NCBI RefSeq assembly: GCF_963921235.1
Contig: NC_086109.1
Coordinates: 3,970,001 to 4,034,000 of the forward strand
Direction: 5' to 3'
Origin: Mobula hypostoma
Lineage: Eukaryota
DNA: 64,000 bases
In this document: in pieces, positions 12,177 to 25,195 of the stretch
Layout of the letters: every line of letters starts with the position of its first letter
Numbering within the stretch: position 1 is the stretch's first letter
Program-made: the position numbers and the translations under genes
Notes under the pieces: model-generated
Told to the model about the DNA's origin: nothing
Seen by the model: only the letters and a program-made list of their open reading frames with translations
Database searches by the model: none

Positions 12177-13150
12177 GTCACACAAAATGCTGGAGGAACT
12201 CAGTAGTATCAGGCAGCGTTTATGGAAATGAATAAACAGGCGACGTTTCAGGCCGAGACCCTTCTTCAGGACTGAGAGGGAAGGGGGGAGACAGCAGAAT
12301 GAAAAGATTGGTGGGGGGGGTAAAGGAGGATAGCTAGAAGGTGATAGGTGAACCCAGGTCAGTAAGAAAGGTAAAGGGACGAAGAGGAAGGAATCTGATA
12401 GAAAAAAGTGCAGAATAGGAGAAAGGGAAGGAGGAGGGAAACTAGGGGAAGGTGATAGGTAGGTGAGAAGAGGTGAGGGGCCAGAATAGGGAATAAAGGA
12501 AGGGGGAGGGAAGTTTTTTTAACCGGAAGAAGAAATCAATAATAGCCATCAGTTTGGAGGCTAGCCAGACAGAATATAAGATGTTGCTCCTCCACCCCAA
12601 GGGTGGCCTCATCTTGGTACATGTCGGAACAGAAATTAGAGTCGGGATTGAAATGTTTGGCCAGTGGGAATTTCTGCTTTTTGCAGATGGAGCAGAGGTT
12701 CTTGATGAAGCGGTCCCCAAACTTACATTGAATCTCAACGTCGTAAGGAGCTGAGAAAAGGGAATAGCATTTTTACAGGAGACAGAGTGGGAAGAGGTAT
12801 GGTCAAGATAACCATGGGGATCGGTAGGTTTATAAAAGATGTGGGTTGACAGTTTGTCTCTAGAGACAGAGACGGAGAGGTCGAGAAAAGAGAAGGAGGC
12901 GTCAGAGATGGACCAAGTGAATTTAAGGGCAGGGCAGAAGTTGGAGGCAAAGTTGATGAAATTGATGAGCTCAGCATTACACATGAAGCAGCACCAATGC
13001 AGTTGTCAGTGTAGTGGAGGAAGAGTTGGGGAGCCTTGCCAGGGATGGCTTGGAACATGGACTGTTCTATGCAGCCAACGAAGAGGCAGGCATAACTGGG
13101 GCGGGCCCAAGGCTACCCTCAAGTCTGGAGAAAGTGGGAGGAGATGAAAG
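12177..13150 (-). mobile_element. Penelope-like element fragment (RT C-terminus plus terminal repeat)
   Basis: FINFASNF.PALKFTWSISD..SFLDL...IFYKPTD.H.YL..TSSH..SCKNAIPFSQ. Confidence 0.85.
12237..12274 (-). ncRNA. Minimal hammerhead ribozyme motif, near-intact
   Basis: Minus strand reads CAGTC-CTGAAGA-AGGGTCTCGGCCT-GAAACGTC-GCCTG; one stem I mismatch. Confidence 0.55.
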
Positions 13151-13284
13151 AAGTAAGTATCTGCTGTTTTGCTAACAATGATTTCAAACTCCATGTCTCA
13201 AAAGCAGATCACGCCCCCTCCCCAAGCAGCGCAATCCAGGCACCCACCTCTCTGCTCACTCAGAAAGGGAGAATAAAACCACAG

Positions 13285-14892
13285 CATCCAGTCACCCTGT
13301 GATCTCTGTCTCGGAGGCCAACGTCAGGCTGTCGCTCAAGAGAGTGAACCCTCGCAAGGCAGCAGGGCCCGATGCAGTACCTGGTAAGGCTCTGGAAACC
13401 TGCGCCAACTAATGGGAGTATACAGAAATGTTCAGTCTCTCACTGCTACAGTCGGAATTTCCCACCTGCTTCAAAAGGGCAACAATTACACCAGTGCCCA
13501 AGAAGAGCAGAGTGAGTTGCCTCAACTGTTGTCCAGTAGCGCTCACATCTACAGTGAGGAAATGCTTTGAGAGGTTGGTCACGGCTAGAAGCAACTCCTG
13601 TCTCAGGAAGGACCTGGACCCACTGCAGTTTGCCTGTCACCACAATAAATCTCCAGCAGACTCAATCTCAATGGCTCTCCACACAGCCTTGGGTCACCTG
13701 GACAATACAAACGCCTAAGTCAGGATGCTGTTTGTTGACTATAGTTCAGCATTTAACACCATTATTCCTACAGTCCTGATTGAAAAGCTACATAATCTGG
13801 GCCTCTGTATCTCCCTCTGCAACTGGATCCTCGACTTCCTAAACGGAAGACCATAATCTGTGTGGATTGGCAATAACATCTCCTCCTCGCTGACAATTAA
13901 CACTGGCGCTCCACAGGGGTGCGTGCTTAGCCCACTGTTCTACTCTCTCTACATCCATGACCCTGTGGTAAATTGTAGCTCAAACAGCATCTGCAAATTT
14001 GCTGTCGATACCACGACTATTGGCAGAATTTCAGATGGACGTACAGGAGCAAGATATACCAGTTAGTTGAGTGCTGTCACAGCAACAACCTGGCACTCAA
14101 TATCAGTGAGACCAAAGAGCTGATTGTGCACTTCAGGAAGGGCAAGACGAGGGAACACAAACTAATCCTCATAGGGGGATCGGGCGTGGAGAGAGTGAGC
14201 AATTTCAAGTTCCTGGGTGGCAATATCTCTGAGGACTTAACCTGGATGTAACGCAGTTGTAAAGAAGGCAAAACTGCGGCTATTTTTCAATAGGAGTTTG
14301 AGGAGATTTGGTTTGTGAATTAAAACACTCAAAAACTTCTACAAATGTGCTGTGGAGAGCATTCTAACCGGTGGCATCACCGTCTGGTATGGGGGGGGGG
14401 GGGGGAGCTACTGCTCAAGATTGAAATAAGTTGCAGAAACTTGTAAGGTTAGTCAAGTCTATCATGGGTACCAGCCTCCGTAATATCCAAGTCATCTTCA
14501 AGGAGCGGTGCCTTAGGAAGGCGGTGTCCATCAGTAAGGATCCCCACCACCCAAGACAGGCCCTCTTCACACTGTTACCAGCGTAGGAGGTACGGGAAGG
14601 ACGTACAGAAGCCTGAAGGCACACACTCAGCAATTCAGCATCTTCCCCTCTGCCATCCGATTCCGAAATGGACATTGAACCCATGAACACTACCTCACTG
14701 CTTTTTTTTATTTCTGTTAATTCTGCATTACTTATCTGAACTTAACTATTTAATATACAAATATATACTTACTGTAACTCCGGTTTTTTCTCTATATATT
14801 TATTTATCTATCATGTATTTCAAGGTACTGCTGCCGTAAAGTTAACAAATTTCATGACATATGCCGGTGATAGGAAATCTCATTCTGATTCT
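13285..14892 (+). mobile_element. Decayed Rex1/Babar-type LINE (RT to 3' tail)
   Basis: PTCFKRATITPVPKK, PVALTSTVRKCFERLV, TGAPQGCVLSPLFYSLY; CATTCTGATTCT tail. Confidence 0.85.
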
Positions 14893-15053
14893 CTGTGTCA
14901 AATAAACGTATCACATAAATCTCCTGTAAACTTTTCCCCCTCACCTTAAAGCTATGGCCTCTATTTATTTACCATGTCTGCTCTGGAAGAACGACTCCAT
15001 CTGTCCTGTGTTCTCCTCTCATAACTGTCATAAGACACTTCAGAGGCTGTTAG

Positions 15054-15760
15054 ATGGTGGTGGTGGTTGTCCATTGTGTTCGACAGTGACAGGAAACCCG
15101 TGCAGAAGAGCTCTTAAAGTGAAAAACCCGTTGCACTGGGGCGGTTCCACTCGTCTCGACCGCAGAAGCCTGGGTCCTGCGGTACAGACAAGTGACACAG
15201 ACCGGGGTCTTCCTTGGTTGCAGTGGATGACCATGATGTCTCTTCTGTCTTGTCAAGCCCTTCTCTCTCCGTGGAGCGTTACTGAACAGCCTTCCTGGCT
15301 GTAGGTCTCAGCCGCTCAGTCCGTTGGGGTTGCCGTCACATGTTAGGACAGGCATATCCCTACCTCAACACACATAAAATGCTGCAGGAACTCAGCAGGC
15401 CAGGCAGAATCTATGGAAAAGAGTAAACAGTCCACGTTTCGGGCCAAGACTCTTCATCAGGACTGCTAGTCTCTTCGAGGAATGCCTACCCTGAAGAAAT
15501 TTAAATCTTCCCTTGTTTATTCTTTTCCATGTGCTTGTGATGTCCCTATCTCTCTGGGTTATGAGACTGCCGGCTACCCTCACCTGGTTTAGCCCACCTG
15601 TCCGGGGTGGACCAGGGTGTGGCCGCTGTCGCATACAGACAGCTACTTGGAGCCACAGGGGAGAGCTGAGTGCCCGGTGGGGACCAAAGCTGAGTGAGCT
15701 GCCCCAGAATGGACACAACAAGCCCCTTCACCAGAGGTGCTACCCCTCCCTGGACACCCC
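15054..15760 (-). mobile_element. Probable RTE-related non-autonomous element split by a Penelope terminal-repeat insert (about 15366-15538)
   Basis: (CCA)n tail at 15054-15067. TCCCTA(C/T)CTC is duplicated around the insert. Confidence 0.45.
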
Positions 15761-17160
15761 ATACACCCTGGCTTTTAGATATTCACACAAAGATGCAGGA
15801 GGTGGAGGGATATAGATCAGGCACAGGCAGAGGGTAATTAGTTTAATTTGACATTGGATTCAGTGCCGATGTCATGGGCCAAAGGTCCTTTTCCTCTGTT
15901 GTTCTACAATGGGTAAGTTTCACTTTTATTAACTCTTATCAGGTCTCTACCACTGCAGAGAAATCAGCCCAAGTTTGTCCAACTTCTCCTTATAGCGCAT
16001 ACACTACAATCCAAACAGCATCCTGGTGAATCTCTTCTGCACCCTCTCCGAAGCCTTCACATCCTTCCTGGAATGCGAGACAGGAACTGCACACAATACT
16101 CCGGATGTGGCCTAACCAGACTTTGGCAGAGCGGCAAAACTCAATGCTCCAACCAATGAAAGCGGAGGAATGACCAATGCTGAGGTCAGAATGGATTGGA
16201 GTTGTATGGTTTGAGATGTAAATGCCAACTCCTGTTCTTGCTGTGCGTGAAACTGCGTACCACAGAGATTTTCTTCCACGGTCCACTGTCCTCTCCTATC
16301 AGATTCCTTCTTCTTCAGCCCTTTACATTTTCCACCTATCGCCTCCCAGCTTCTTTCGTCATTCCCCCTTCCCCACATTATATTCTGGCTGCTACCCCCT
16401 TCCTTTGCAGCCCCGATGAAGGGTCTCAGCCCAAAATGGTGACTGTTTATTCCTCTCCATGGATACTGCCTGACCCGCTAAGTTCCTCCAGCATTTTGTG
16501 TGTGTTGCTCCGGATTTCCAGCATTAACAGAATTTCTTGTGGTTTGAAAGCTGGGTAAATCTCCGGCAAAGCGAAGGGTGGCGTATTGTAGTTATTTAAA
16601 GTGCAGGGCAGCTGGAACGTGCTGGCTAAACTGAGCTGAGGAGCAATGTAGATGTCAAAACAGCTTCAGCAGGCGATGAAGGGCGGAACTTGCTACAGCC
16701 CATTGTAGGATGAAGAACAGATCTCCCAGGGCAGGCGTGGCAAACCTTTTTGAAAGCATGTGCCCAAATTGGCGATAATCTTCTAAAATATTCCCTCACT
16801 TGCTTTGGTAATTTTTAGCAGATTATCATTGATTAATGAACTTGGAACAATAATAACAATGATCATACACATCTTTAATGAATCATCTTCATCTCATGTC
16901 CTTGATATTTATTGCTTATTTATTTATTTATTATTTATTTATTATTATTCTTTTGTATTTGCACAGCTTGTTGTCTGGGTTGTCCACCCTGCTGGGTGCT
17001 GTCTTCCATTGATTTTATTGTGGCTCTTGAATCTACTGAGATGTAAGTGCCAACTCCTGTTCTTGCTGTGTATTATTATTAAGAAAACTCAGAGTTGTAT
17101 ATGGTAACATACATGTACTTTGCTAATAAGTTTACTTTGAACTTTGTAAAACTATGCTGC

Positions 17161-17697
17161 TTAGATTAGATTAGATTATGAGGACATGCAGTCCTCTTTT
17201 ATTGTCATTTAGTAATGCATGCATTAAGAAATGATATAATATTTCCTCCGGTGTGATATCACAAAACACAGGACAGACCAAGACTGAAAAAACTAACAAA
17301 ACCACATAATTATAACATATAGCTACAACAGTGCAACAATACCATAACTTGATGAAGAAGTCCATGAGCACAGTAAAAAGTTCAAAGTCTCTCAAATGTC
17401 CCACATCTCACGCAGATGAGAGAAGGAAGAAAAACTCTCCCTGCCATGCTCGACCACGGTCCAACTCTGAGTCGTCCAAAAACTTCGAGCCTCCGATCAG
17501 CTCTCCGACACCGACTACTGAGCGCCATCTCTATCCGAACGATTCGACCTCAATCTCGGTCGCCAACAGCAGGCAAAGCCGGGGATCTTGAGGCCTTCCC
17601 TCCGAAAGATTCCGGATCGCGCAGTAACAACAGCAGCGAACTAGCATTTCAAAAATTCCTCCAAATGTTCCTTTATGCTTTCACGTCTGTCTCCATC
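17161..17697 (-). mobile_element. Non-autonomous retroelement with (TCTAA)n tail
   Basis: TTAGATTAGATTAGATT tail, an AATAAA signal on the minus strand and a CpG-rich body. Confidence 0.5.
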
Positions 17698-18109
17698 AGC
17701 TTATTTACATGTATTCATTGTTTTTTTAAAAAAAGTATAACAGGGACATTGAACTAAATTAAGCATTTTAGAAAACCTGTTCAAAAATTATTAATATTAA
17801 TTTTTTTAAAAGACAATTGAAAAATAACAATTTCTAAATAGAATGGTTATGTAACCGTTTATTACCCAAATACCAGGTTTGCAAGGATCCAAACGCACTT
17901 CTCCTCACTACCGTCTAACTGGTGCCAAGCTGATGCAAGACGTTTCCTGTGAAAATATCTCACTGCTCTTGGATGGTAGTTCGCTGCTTCATTTGGCAGC
18001 AAAGATAATCCTTTTTTTTAAATTATTGGTGGAGTTTGAATAATCGAGAGGAGGTACTGCATGCTGTGTGCCAAAAAAGAACTAGTATGTGCGCGTGGTC
18101 TCCCACAAC

Positions 18110-18495
18110 CTTGTTGTTGGGTTTGGAGGCTTGTGTGCCTCAGTGACCCGGAGAGCTGTGTTGGCTGGAGTCAGGGCTTTGTGCTTTGGCTCTTGGTAGG
18201 GTCACCCATGCCAAACAGTTCAAAGGGCAGAGGCCAGACGAAGTGTGGTCTTCTGGTCCTCCTGGTTCAGCTCAGGACTAACAACCCTGACTGGTCAGAC
18301 GAAACTGTTACGGAAACAGCAATGAAGAATCCTTCTACATCTGAGAGCGAACTGAGTCCCCACCCAGGACTTGCATGACAGACAGTAGTGAAAACTGAGC
18401 TACTGACACGATAAAGGAAGCCCTGAACCCTGCCAGAGATGGAGGACATTCATTGCCGCCCTAAACGCCAGCAGCGTAATGGGCAGCAGGTAGGT
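18110..18495 (+). mobile_element. RTE-related non-autonomous element (second copy at 22470-23285, minus strand)
   Basis: Shared GGCTTGTGTGCCTCAGTGACC...GGTAGGGTCACCCATG, resembling RTE 5'UTRs. Confidence 0.55.
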
Positions 18496-19274
18496 AGGTG
18501 AGAACGTGAGCAATAGGTGATACAAAGGTATATTTTATATATAGGATATAGGATCTTCTACCCTGTGTGCACATTATTCACATCAGAGATTTAGGATTGT
18601 TCTCATTGTTTTCATTCTACTCTAGTTTTGCTTTGTTATATAAACAAACTTATGTGTACTTTGTACTTTGATCAGAAATTTTCTTTGAACTTTGAACATA
18701 GAACACGACAGCACAGAGAAAACTTTCAGCTCACAATGTCAGTCGACCTTTAAGCCGACTAAGATCAAACAAACTCTTCCCTCCCACACAGCCCTCCGGT
18801 TTTCCATCATCCACCTGCCTGGCTATGAGCTTATAAAATGTCCCCAATGTATGGGTTGTAATGTATGGTAACGTGTGGGTTGTTTTCTCTGGAGGCTGAG
18901 GGAAGATCTGGTAGCGGTTTATAAGATTATGAGAGGCATGGATAGAGTATCATTTCCCCGGAGTTGAACTGTCTAATACCAGAGGGCATGCGTTGAAGGT
19001 GAGAGGGAGTAGGTTCAAGGGGGATATGAGGGGTGAGTTTTTTTACACAGAGTGATGGATGCCGGGAATGTGCTGCCTGGTGTGGTGGTAGAGGCAAATA
19101 CATCAGAGAGTTTTAAAAAACGTTTGGATAGGCACATGAATATGAGAAAGATTGATGGATATGGACATTGTGTAGGTAGGAAGGATTGGTTATTTGATTT
19201 ACTTTTTAGCTGGTTCAGCACAACATTGTGGGCCGAAGGGCCTGTTCCTGTGCTGTACTGTTCTAGGTTCTATG

Positions 19275-20230
19275 TATTTAACATTGCCATCCCCACAAAA
19301 CTAATCAACAAACTCCAAGAGCTGAACCTTAATAGCCTTTGTGCAATTGGATCCTGGATTTGCTCACTTGCAGACCCTAGTCAGTTCAGTTTGGAAAAAA
19401 AAACATCTCCTGCACAATCTCCATCAGCACAGGAACACCGCAGGGATGTGTGCTTAGCTCCCTGCTCTACTCACTTTACACCTGTGACTGTGTGGCTAAG
19501 TACACTTCCAACACCATCTACAAGTTTGCTGACAAGACCACTGTTGTGGGCTGTATTAAAGGGTGTGATGAATCAGCACACAGGCAGGAGATTGAAAACT
19601 TGGCTGAGTGGTGAAATAACAACAATCTCTCACTCAAAATCAGTAAGACCAAGGAACTGATTGTAGACTTGAGGAGATGGAAACCAGAGGTCCATGAGCC
19701 AGTAATTGTCGGAGGATCAGAAGTGGAGAGGGTCAGTAACTTTAAATTCCTGGATATCTCTATCTCAGAGGACCTGTCCTGGACCCATCATATTATTGCG
19801 AAGAAAGCTCGACAGCACCTCTCCTTCCTCAGGAGTCTGCAAAAGTTTGGCATGTCATCAAAAACCTTGGCAAACTTCTATAGATAATGTGGTGGAAAGT
19901 GTGCTGATGACTGAATTATGGCCTGGTATGGGAACACCAATGCCACTGAGCGGAAAATCCCTACAAAAGGTAGTGGATTTGGCCCAGTACATCACTGGTA
20001 AAACCCACCCGATCATTGAGCACATCTACATGAAATGTTGCCGTAGCAAAGCAGCATCCATCATCAGAGATCCTCACCACCCAGGCCAAGCTCTCTTTTT
20101 GCTGCTGCTATCAGGTAGAAGGTGCAGGAGCCTCAGGACTCACACCACCAGGTCCGAGAGCAGTTACTGCCCCTCAACCAACAGGCTCCTGAACAAAAGG
20201 CGGTAACTACTTACACATTTAAGGACTCTG
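19275..20230 (+). mobile_element. Rex1/Babar-type LINE fragment, preceded by a CR1 3' end (18880-19275)
   Basis: IPTKLINKLQ, ERVSNFKFL...SEDLSWT, SIIRDPHHPGQALF.LL.SGRR. Confidence 0.8.
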
Positions 20231-20286
20231 TATTTCACTCTTGTTATTTATTGCTGTTTATTTATTTCTGCATTTGTTTACAGTTA

Positions 20287-20602
20287 ACATGAAGAAATGT
20301 AACATCGACATCAGCAATTGGGAAACCAATGCCAAGGACAGGAAACTCAGGCAATCCATCATCCGAGAAGGAACAGCGACTTTCGAAGCCAACAGATGTG
20401 CAGAATTAGAAGAAAAGAGAAGAAAATGGAAAGAGAAGCAGCAACAACCAAAGCCCGATCTGCCATCTGGAACTACCTGTCCTGGAAGCGGAAGAACTTT
20501 CAAAGTCAAGATTGGACTCATAAGTCACTTGAGAGCCCATAAGTAGATCAACAGAACGAAGACCATCATCCTCGACCTCGAGGGACAGCCACGACGACGA
20601 CG
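20287..20602 (+). mobile_element. RTE-clade LINE 3' end with decayed C2H2 finger
   Basis: MKKCNIDISNWETNAKDR...TCPGSGRTFKVKIGLISHLRAH*, followed by a (GAC)n tail. Confidence 0.8.
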
Positions 20603-20831
20603 CCCATGACCGTTAAGGGCTCCTGATGTTTACTGTTTACAGTTACTGCTTTATAGATCTGCTAAGTATGCCTGCAGAAGAAGAATCTCAGGGTTGTATG
20701 TGGTGATGTGTATGTACTCTGATAATAAATTGTACTTTGAACTTTGATCTGCCTCGGACCAACACCCCCGACAGGGACGTTCCACGCACCTACCTCTCTC
20801 TGTGTAAAAAACCCTGTCCCAGATATCTCCA

Positions 20832-21009
20832 ACACACACAAAAAATGCTGGTGAACGCAACAGGCCAGGCAGCATCTATAGAAAGAGGTACAGTCGAAGG
20901 GTCTCGGCCCGAAACGTCGACTGTGCCTCGCTGCCTGGCCTGCTGCGTTCCACCAGCATTTTTTGTGTGTGTTGCTTGAATTTCCAGCAACTGCAGATTT
21001 CCTCGTGTT
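20832..21009. mobile_element. Fold-back Penelope-like terminal-repeat insertion
   Basis: Inverted arms at about 20831-20873 and 20930-20973. Flanking duplication CAGATATC(T/C)CCA at 20820-20831 and 21010-21021. Confidence 0.8.
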
Positions 21010-21199
21010 CAGATATCCCCATATACTTTTCTCCAATCACCATAAAATTACGCCCTAGTTATTTCCATCTCTTAAGACAGTCTCTGTCTGTCACCCGATC
21101 TATGCCTCTTACCATCAGATTTTATCATGCAACTCTGCGTTCGCCCATTACCCTGCTGTAGAGGCACTGACGCTCTGCCCCCAAGCACAATCCCTGTCT

Positions 21200-21870
21200 C
21201 TAACGCAGTCGGATTCCTCTCCCAGGGCCGGCCACAGCAACACAGGGGATTAGACGCCCAGTTTCTGCCACTTTAAAGATTTCGGGCATTTAGCTCTGGA
21301 AGTAAGATTACACAGCATCAGTGACAGGAGCTGGCTTTTGTGCGCCGTAACAATATCCCCCCCCGACTGCTGCGTGGTCTGATGGATGAAACGCCGCTGC
21401 GATTCCTACATTTCGAATATAAATGCAAAAAAAGTCTTCGCATTTATATTTTACCCTTTTCAGAATGACAAGCTTTGCTTAATATTCTGATTGCAAATGC
21501 AAAAAAAATCCATTTCTTTCAGAGCAGGAAACAATGGGATTTGCTGCAAGAATTTTTGGAAGAATTCAGCCGAACAACTGCATAAATCAATTCAAATAAT
21601 CATGTAATTTCTTTCCTTTCAACAGTTTGCCGAAGGTACAGATCTATAATCAAGCCATCAAAGACATGATATCAAAAAGATATCACAACCAAATTGGTTT
21701 ATGGGTGTCCTATCCTCGGGAGCTGAGAATTGCTCCCGCGCTGACATTACAGTCGCTCCATCATCCGGATTTATGTGGAACAGATGACATTAATACAGCT
21801 CATCACATCACTCAAATTCACACGTTTGGATGTTGTAATCATCAATCAGTCATGTCTTCATTAAAGAGTA
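21200..21870. promoter_or_regulatory. Candidate conserved non-coding enhancer (Pbx-Hox/Meis/Sox motifs)
   Basis: TE-free and CpG-retaining. TGACAG at 21322, TGATGGATGA at 21380, ATAAATCA at 21582, TCATCAATCA at 21839, AACAATG at about 21530. Confidence 0.45.
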
Positions 21871-22684
21871 GACGCAGCCTTTCCGTCTTCCTGGGCCTGC
21901 CCGCGTCAGCCGCGGCGGAGGCGGCCTCAGCAAAGATGGCTGGGAGTTTGATGCACCTTGAGAACTTGGTTCATTGTGAAGTCTGGCCTCAGGAGCACAT
22001 TCGTCCCTCAGCTTCACCTGCTGGAAGGAAAACGAGCCCAGCCCCTGCGCAAGTGGCCGTTGTGTTCACTTCTGCTCGCCCCCGTTACGGGAGGGGGCGT
22101 GGGGACCCTCGAGAGGCTGCATATGAGGCTGCCCGGATTAGGGGGCACGAGCCATAGGGAAGGTTGGGCAAACCTGGAGTGTCCGCAGCCCACAGAACTT
22201 CACCGTGGCGCACCGTCACCATCTTGTTGAAGACCAAGGAGAGTCCCAGCTGGGATTTGTAACATTATGATAGGGAGACAGTCAGAATCATTTCCTCAGG
22301 GTGGAAGTGTCAAGTTGCAAAGGCCACGTCCTTAAGGTGAGAGGGGGAAGTTTAAAGGAGACCTGTGGACTTTTATAACGCTGAGGACGGTGGCTGCCAG
22401 TACTGGTGCTGGAAGTGGATATGATAGAGGTCTTCATTGGATGGGGTTAATATTGTCATATGACCCAGCCTACTTACTAACTACCCGTTACACCACCGGC
22501 CTTTAGGGCAGCAATGAAGGTTCTCAATCTCTGGTGGTGTTCAGGGCTTCCTTCATCGTGTCAGTAGCTTCCTCTCAGTTTTCACCACTGTCAGTCGTGC
22601 AAGTCCCTGGCGGAGACTTGGTAATAACGTCATACTCAGATGTAGAAGGATTTTTCGGAACAATTTTGTTTGACCAGTCAGGTT

Positions 22685-23114
22685 TTAAAACATTTGATTA
22701 CAAAGAGCATAGGCTCTATAATATTGAAAATGACATTGATCCGGGGAATCGTTTTTACCACAGCATGTATCGACAGTGAAATTACTACACTGAAGAGCAG
22801 TTCAAAAGAAATGTAAATATGGATGGAACTATATATTGAGAGTTAAAGGGCAAAAGTTTCGGGGTAACATGAGGGGGAACTTCTTTACTCAGAGAGTGGT
22901 AGCTGTGTGGAACGAGCTTCCAGCAGAAGTGGTTGAGGCAGGTTCGATGTTGTCGTTTAAAGTTAAATTGGATAGGTATATGGACAAGAAAGGAATGGAG
23001 GGTTATGAGCTGAGTGCAGGTCGGTGGGACTAGGTGAGAGTGAGAGTTCGGCACGGACTAGAAGGGCCGAGATGGCCTGTTTCCGTGCTGTAATTGTTAT
23101 ATGGTTATATATAT
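22685..23114 (+). mobile_element. Chimeric insertion: ~150 nt of unrelated LINE-like coding sequence joined to a CR1 3' end
   Basis: Interrupts the RTE-related element with GGTT duplicated (22681-22684, 23115-23118). CR1 homology starts only at about 22836. Confidence 0.65.
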
Positions 23115-24362
23115 GGTTGTTAGCCCCGAGATGAACCCCCAAACCTGGAGGACCACTCTGAGTCTAGCCTTTTATCCTTTAACCCGTTTGACATGGGTGA
23201 CCCTACCAAGAGCCAAAGTATAAAACCCTGACTCCAGCCAACATCACTCTCCAGGTCACTGAGGCACACAAGCCTCCAAACCCTACGACAGACGAGATTG
23301 TGGCTCTCTTGGAGACCATGTGCACCAAGATGAAGAGACAAGCCTGTTTTGTACACTCTTTTCACAGATCAAATCATTACACAGTGCTCTGAGGTAGAAC
23401 AAGGTAAAACAATAACAATGCAGAATAAATTGTAAAATCTGCAGAGGAAGTGCAGTCCAGGTAAACAATAAAGAGCAAGATCATAGTGAGGTGGATTGTG
23501 AGGCCAAGAGTCCATCTTATCATACAAGAGATCCATTCAAGAGTCTGATAACAGTGGGATAGAAGCTGTCCTTGAGCCTGGTGGTATATGCTTTTAGGCT
23601 TTTGTATCTTCTGCCCGATGGGAGAGGGGAGAAGTGAGAATGTCTGGGGTAGGTGGGGTCTTTGATTAATGCTGACTGCTTTACCGATACAGTGGTGGAC
23701 TCCATGGAGGGAAGGCTGGTTTCTGTGATGTCCTGACGTTTGAGAGGTTGTTAGATCGATACGTGAATGTGCAAAAACTAGAGCGATAGTTCGTTGGCCA
23801 TTTGATTACTAACTTAATTAGTCTGGCACAGCATTATGGGCCGAAGGGCATGTTCTTGTGCTCCACCGTTCTATGTTCTATATTCTGTGTAGATCATGAG
23901 CAGACAGAAGAGATTTAATTTAATTTGGCACTGTGTTCAGAGCAGGCGATGTGGCTGAAGGGTCTGTTTCTGAGCAGTACTGTTCTATATTCTGCTCGGA
24001 GGGGTTTTGGTCTGAGTCCCAGCAGTATACTCAACAACCTCATCTGCAGATGCAGGTGGGCTTTCACCTGCTTTACCCAAGCTGCTGGATTTCACAGTTC
24101 CAGAATTTCGCTCTGGTGGTGTATGTCACACCTGGGTGTGGTGTGACTGCAGAGAGCACCTGTGGCTGGTGGTGTTTCTCTGCGCATCAGAACTTTGTCA
24201 GCCGGGCACTCCTCTGGAAATCAACTGGTCTGATTGAGAGCTGTTTACCAGACTGAAAACAGAGAGTAGGAATAACTGGGCCAGTTGGGTTGGGAATCTG
24301 GGGCTGCAGGGATCACCGTTCGAGATCCAGCTGTTCAGGTGAAGGGAGTCAAGAGTCATATA

Positions 24363-25195
24363 CAGCTGATTCCAGTTAATTAGGCCATTGGTTAATTGGG
24401 GCAGCAGCTGACTTGACAAAACTCTTAAAGAACAAAAACTAATTGAGAAAATAGCTGGAATATCCTTCATTTATTTGGGACACCATGTTACTTAATTGGG
24501 ACAGGAGACTGATGCAGAACAGTTTCTAACTAGCGTCAGTCAGGTGCATTTGTGTGGCCATCAGACGTAACACAGTGCTTAATGCAAACCGTTCTCAAAT
24601 AGCATCAGTTGCCCGTGTTTGTGTTCTAAAAGCAGTGATTTTTGTCATTCATAGTTAGTGAGAAATAAGCTGTAAGAAAATTCAGAACTGTTTTGCTCAC
24701 TGTAGTTTCAAGCATTCAGGCTTGGAGAAGGCAGAACAGCTAAGAATGAAAATGAAATGATTTCGCTACTTCTACAAGATAGGAAACACAGAGAATTTAA
24801 AGGTATTGACAGTTATCTTGAGTGTTACACTGAAAATGAAGATTTGGAGGATGCAATTGTCAATAGCATTGTATGAAGGCAGTCCGTTATCTACACCAGA
24901 TGTCTGCGCTGATTTTTTTCATTTACAGCAAATCAAAACAACACAGCAGCACATATTGGATGAATTCCTCCGTCAATAACAATTATGAACAAGTACGTGG
25001 TTTTATAATATTGTAGTGTTCTAATATGTTCTGTATTTCATTTAAATACATAATTTGTTACTCAGCTAGATGGGTAGTTTCTCTTTTTTATACCTTTTTA
25101 ATAATTATTTCCATGAAACTGGCTAATTGGGGCAGCCACTTAATTGGGCCAAAATGTACTGGACTCAATGTATCCCAATGAACCGGAACCCACTG
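24363..25195 (+). mobile_element. pogo/Tigger-type non-autonomous DNA transposon
   Basis: TA on both sides. Imperfect TIRs CAGCTGATTCCAGTTAATT / AATGAACCGGAACCCACTG. Transposase relic IQNCFAHCSF at about 24680. Confidence 0.75.

Noticed and set aside
15428..15465. Active hammerhead copy
   Set aside because: The cleavage triplet reads GUG and stem II has a mismatch, so it is predicted inactive.
16732..18108. hAT element starting CAGGCGTGGCAAACC
   Set aside because: A matching right TIR and TSD were not found.
21416..21450. 11-bp inverted repeat AATATAAATGC / GCATTTATATT
   Set aside because: AT-rich and weak; not reported separately from the candidate enhancer.
21627..22230. Host coding exon in a GC-rich ORF
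   Set aside because: Non-ATG start, no recognisable domain and no clear splice-site pair. It cannot be excluded without RNA-seq.
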